Of a DNA stretch of 6,281 nt, positions 4,246-6,281 are shown one piece after another. Every line of letters begins with the position of its first letter. Position 1 is the stretch's first letter. This stretch comes from a virus (Duplodnaviria > Heunggongvirae > Uroviricota > Caudoviricetes). The notes beneath the pieces were generated by a model that made no database searches, was not told the DNA's origin, and saw only the letters and a program-made list of their open reading frames with translations. A program made the translations under genes and the position numbers. The stretch lies in IMG/VR virus record IMGVR_UViG_2541047777_000002; one strand, written 5' to 3'.

Positions 4246-6135
4246 TTAACCGAAATATGTCAGCCATGCTAACTGCATTGCTGACATGGGGCTGTTTGCA
4301 CTGCCGGACCACGCATAATTCTGGCCATTATAATGAAACTCAACAACGTATGAGCCATCACCAATATTTCTCACCGGCTTAAATACCGGCTTAGATACAG
4401 GCGAAGAAGGTGCAGGCGGTTGCTGTTCTTCTACGCTCTCTTCCTCTTCCTCTATCTCAATTTCGTCGTCATCCAGATCGTCATCCTCTGACAATTCATC
4501 CGCCAGTTCAGGTATTGCTTCCAGTTCTTCTTCGTCAGGCATAACGATTTCTGGAGTATCTATTTTCAGTTGCCATTGTCCGTTTTCGCCAACAAATTGC
4601 CCCAGAGCATCAGCAGCAAATTCCAGGTATCGACTAATCATTGTTGGGCTAAATTTGAACGCTCTTAGAGTGCTGTTCGTGATTTTTATAGAGGGGTCCT
4701 GCTCTACCAGCTGCTTAACTGTGTTATGCAGACGAACCCCGGCATCTCCTCTGGCGAATCCAGGCATTTCGTCATCAAGCTGCTGCAATGCTTCCAGCCT
4801 GGTATTTTCGTTTCCAGTATTTGGCCTCCATGTCTTTGAGAAGTTGGCCAGCTTGAATTGCTTATAGTGTAATTGAGTGTTTTCATCGTCATGGCCTAAA
4901 ATTTCCATAAAGAAAACATCTTCATCTACGTTTTTCCAACGAGGATCTACGCGGAAAAACATTTCATACGCAATACGGGCATAAATAGCACGACTATCTT
5001 TATAAACACGGCGGTCATCTTTGAAAAATGATTTAACCCACGGGTTAAAAGCCTTTGCTAATATGGCATTAATACGTCCGTTTTCAGAGCGTGTGTCGTT
5101 ATCTCCATAACCTTTAACGACATCATCAAAATCAGATGCTGCTGGGCATGAGCGAAGTACATTTATTAAATAAACAAATGTTTTTGCTTCGCATAATGTA
5201 TATATTTTTCTGGTTATATCATCAGAAGTTCTTTTTTTAGCTTGGCCTAAAAAATCAACGGTATACTTACCAGAAACAGTAAATGTACCTTGATACATAA
5301 TCTCAATCATTCGTCTTCCTGACAATGCAGCAAGTGCAAATGCCAAAGGAGCCATACCTGAACGAGTGTTTAGATTATTTAATGTAGCAGGGCTATTTAT
5401 AATATCGTAAATAGCTTGCATATATTTAGGGTAATCAATGACCACCACGTTACGTTTCTTATTGTGCAGAACGTCCGCCCATCGTTGCTGGATAGATGCA
5501 CGTTCGGCAGGGCTTAGTTGAAGATGATAGAGAATCTCATGGTTAACTTTTAGCTGATTCAACTCCTCAAGTAATGCAGATCCTTGCTGTAGTAATTTAT
5601 ATAAATAATCGCGCTTATCTTTCCAGTTATCGCTAGTTAAATCAGAAATGGCGAATTGCCACTCTTTATATTTATTTGATAATTTCAATAACTTATTATG
5701 ACTTTTGTTATCGCCAATTCTGATATTAGATAAATCTTCTGATAGAGGGAGAATTAATTTTAATTTTGCCTGTAAAGCTGACATTCTCTGGCGAATATCG
5801 GCAGCAGGTAGAGAAAGCCATGACAATAGCTCCTCATTATATAAAGGATACTTTTCAGATAGGCGATGTATATTTTTTTCAAAGCTATGATGAAGTTTAT
5901 CATCAAACCGTTTTCTGGCCCTGCTCATATAGGCATTGAATGTGTTGGCTGTAATTCTTTTTTCTAATCCTTTCCCCCTAAACTTTCGCTTGTCATTAAA
6001 TAATGCATTTTTAAATTTTAATGCAACAGCCTTTATTTTTTTTGTTTTCTCCCCTTGAGGACGGTCAGAGTTATCTATTGACTCAACATCGCTAACAAGT
6101 GAGTTTATTAATTCACCGATTTTTACTTTGCTCAT
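4246..6135 (-). CDS. telN: protelomerase (telomere resolvase), TelN-like, 629 aa
   Basis: Seen: intact 629-aa ORF with SD AGGAGAGG upstream of ATG (minus strand). Knowledge (from memory): long stretches (N-terminus MSKVKIGELIN..., RSGMAPLAFALA, RSENGRINAILAKAFNPWVKSFF, RRVYKDSRAIYARIAYEMFF, NTQLHYKQFKLANF) match phage N15 TelN, including a tyrosine-recombinase-like catalytic region, an acidic linker and a C-terminal domain. Confidence 0.9.
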   Translation of the reverse strand: MSKVKIGELINSLVSDVESIDNSDRPQGEKTKKIKAVALKFKNALFNDKRKFRGKGLEKRITANTFNAYMSRARKRFDDKLHHSFEKNIHRLSEKYPLYNEELLSWLSLPAADIRQRMSALQAKLKLILPLSEDLSNIRIGDNKSHNKLLKLSNKYKEWQFAISDLTSDNWKDKRDYLYKLLQQGSALLEELNQLKVNHEILYHLQLSPAERASIQQRWADVLHNKKRNVVVIDYPKYMQAIYDIINSPATLNNLNTRSGMAPLAFALAALSGRRMIEIMYQGTFTVSGKYTVDFLGQAKKRTSDDITRKIYTLCEAKTFVYLINVLRSCPAASDFDDVVKGYGDNDTRSENGRINAILAKAFNPWVKSFFKDDRRVYKDSRAIYARIAYEMFFRVDPRWKNVDEDVFFMEILGHDDENTQLHYKQFKLANFSKTWRPNTGNENTRLEALQQLDDEMPGFARGDAGVRLHNTVKQLVEQDPSIKITNSTLRAFKFSPTMISRYLEFAADALGQFVGENGQWQLKIDTPEIVMPDEEELEAIPELADELSEDDDLDDDEIEIEEEEESVEEQQPPAPSSPVSKPVFKPVRNIGDGSYVVEFHYNGQNYAWSGSANSPMSAMQLAWLTYFG

Positions 6136-6147
6136 CTTTCCTCTCCT

Positions 6148-6167
6148 GATTATCCGCTCGGATTATC
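6148..6167. repeat. direct repeat GATTATC-N6-GATTATC 13-32 bp upstream of the telN start codon
   Basis: Seen: two identical 7-mers with a 13-bp period, between the telN SD and the AACACAAT repeats. On the telN-sense strand they read GATAATC, so they could be -10-like boxes or a regulator site. Inference. Confidence 0.3.
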
Positions 6168-6169
6168 GT

Positions 6170-6267
6170 AACACAATTTGAGAATAAGATAACTAATAAC
6201 GCGTTAACTTAGGCACAAACTAACAGAACACAATAACGGATAATAAATAAAAACACAATATCAGAAC
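6170..6267. repeat. three copies of AACACAAT (6170-6177, 6227-6234, 6252-6259), CAGAAC at 6224-6229 and 6262-6267, and a 10-bp palindrome TAACGCGTTA (6197-6206)
   Basis: Seen: the repeated motifs as listed. Knowledge (from memory, unverified): the N15 telRL arms contain CAGCACACAAT-like repeats bound by TelN; here 6224-6234 reads CAGAACACAAT. Inference: TelN-binding repeats flanking a telomere site that lies past the window end. Confidence 0.35.
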
Positions 6268-6281
6268 GTTAAAATTTGTTC

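Noticed and set aside
4655-5890. ORFs 4655..4867 (+), 4704..4892 (-) and 5705..5890 (+) inside telN
   Set aside because: Embedded in or antisense to the intact 629-aa protelomerase frame; no start signals; shadow ORFs.
1-6281. CRISPR array, insertion sequence, integrase or other mobile element
   Set aside because: No regularly spaced direct repeats with unique spacers, no terminal inverted repeats bracketing an ORF, and no transposase- or integrase-like translation in any frame.

Overview
This window reads as part of an N15-type linear phage-plasmid (telomere phage) from an enterobacterium. All identifications are by eye from the translations and sequence; no searches were run. Minus strand, 4246-6135: a 629-aa protelomerase (TelN-like), with short repeats upstream of it at the window edge that suggest the telomere-resolution site lies just beyond base 6281. 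Plus strand, 2690-4074, convergent on telN: a P1 immI-like anti-immunity module. It comprises a structured c4-type antisense RNA (about 2773-2855), two copies of its short target sequences (one upstream, one over the ribosome-binding site of the next gene), a 54-aa Icd-like ORF that is missing from the supplied ORF track, a 77-aa ORF and a 257-aa Bro-N antirepressor. Plus strand, 1492-2531: an AT-rich, translationally coupled cassette of three small unknown proteins (cytoplasmic, single-pass membrane, secreted Cys-containing), which is the best candidate for an undescribed accessory function. Bases 2-1303 are the 3' part of a large unrecognised gene that starts outside the window. No rRNA, tRNA, CRISPR array or transposase was seen.
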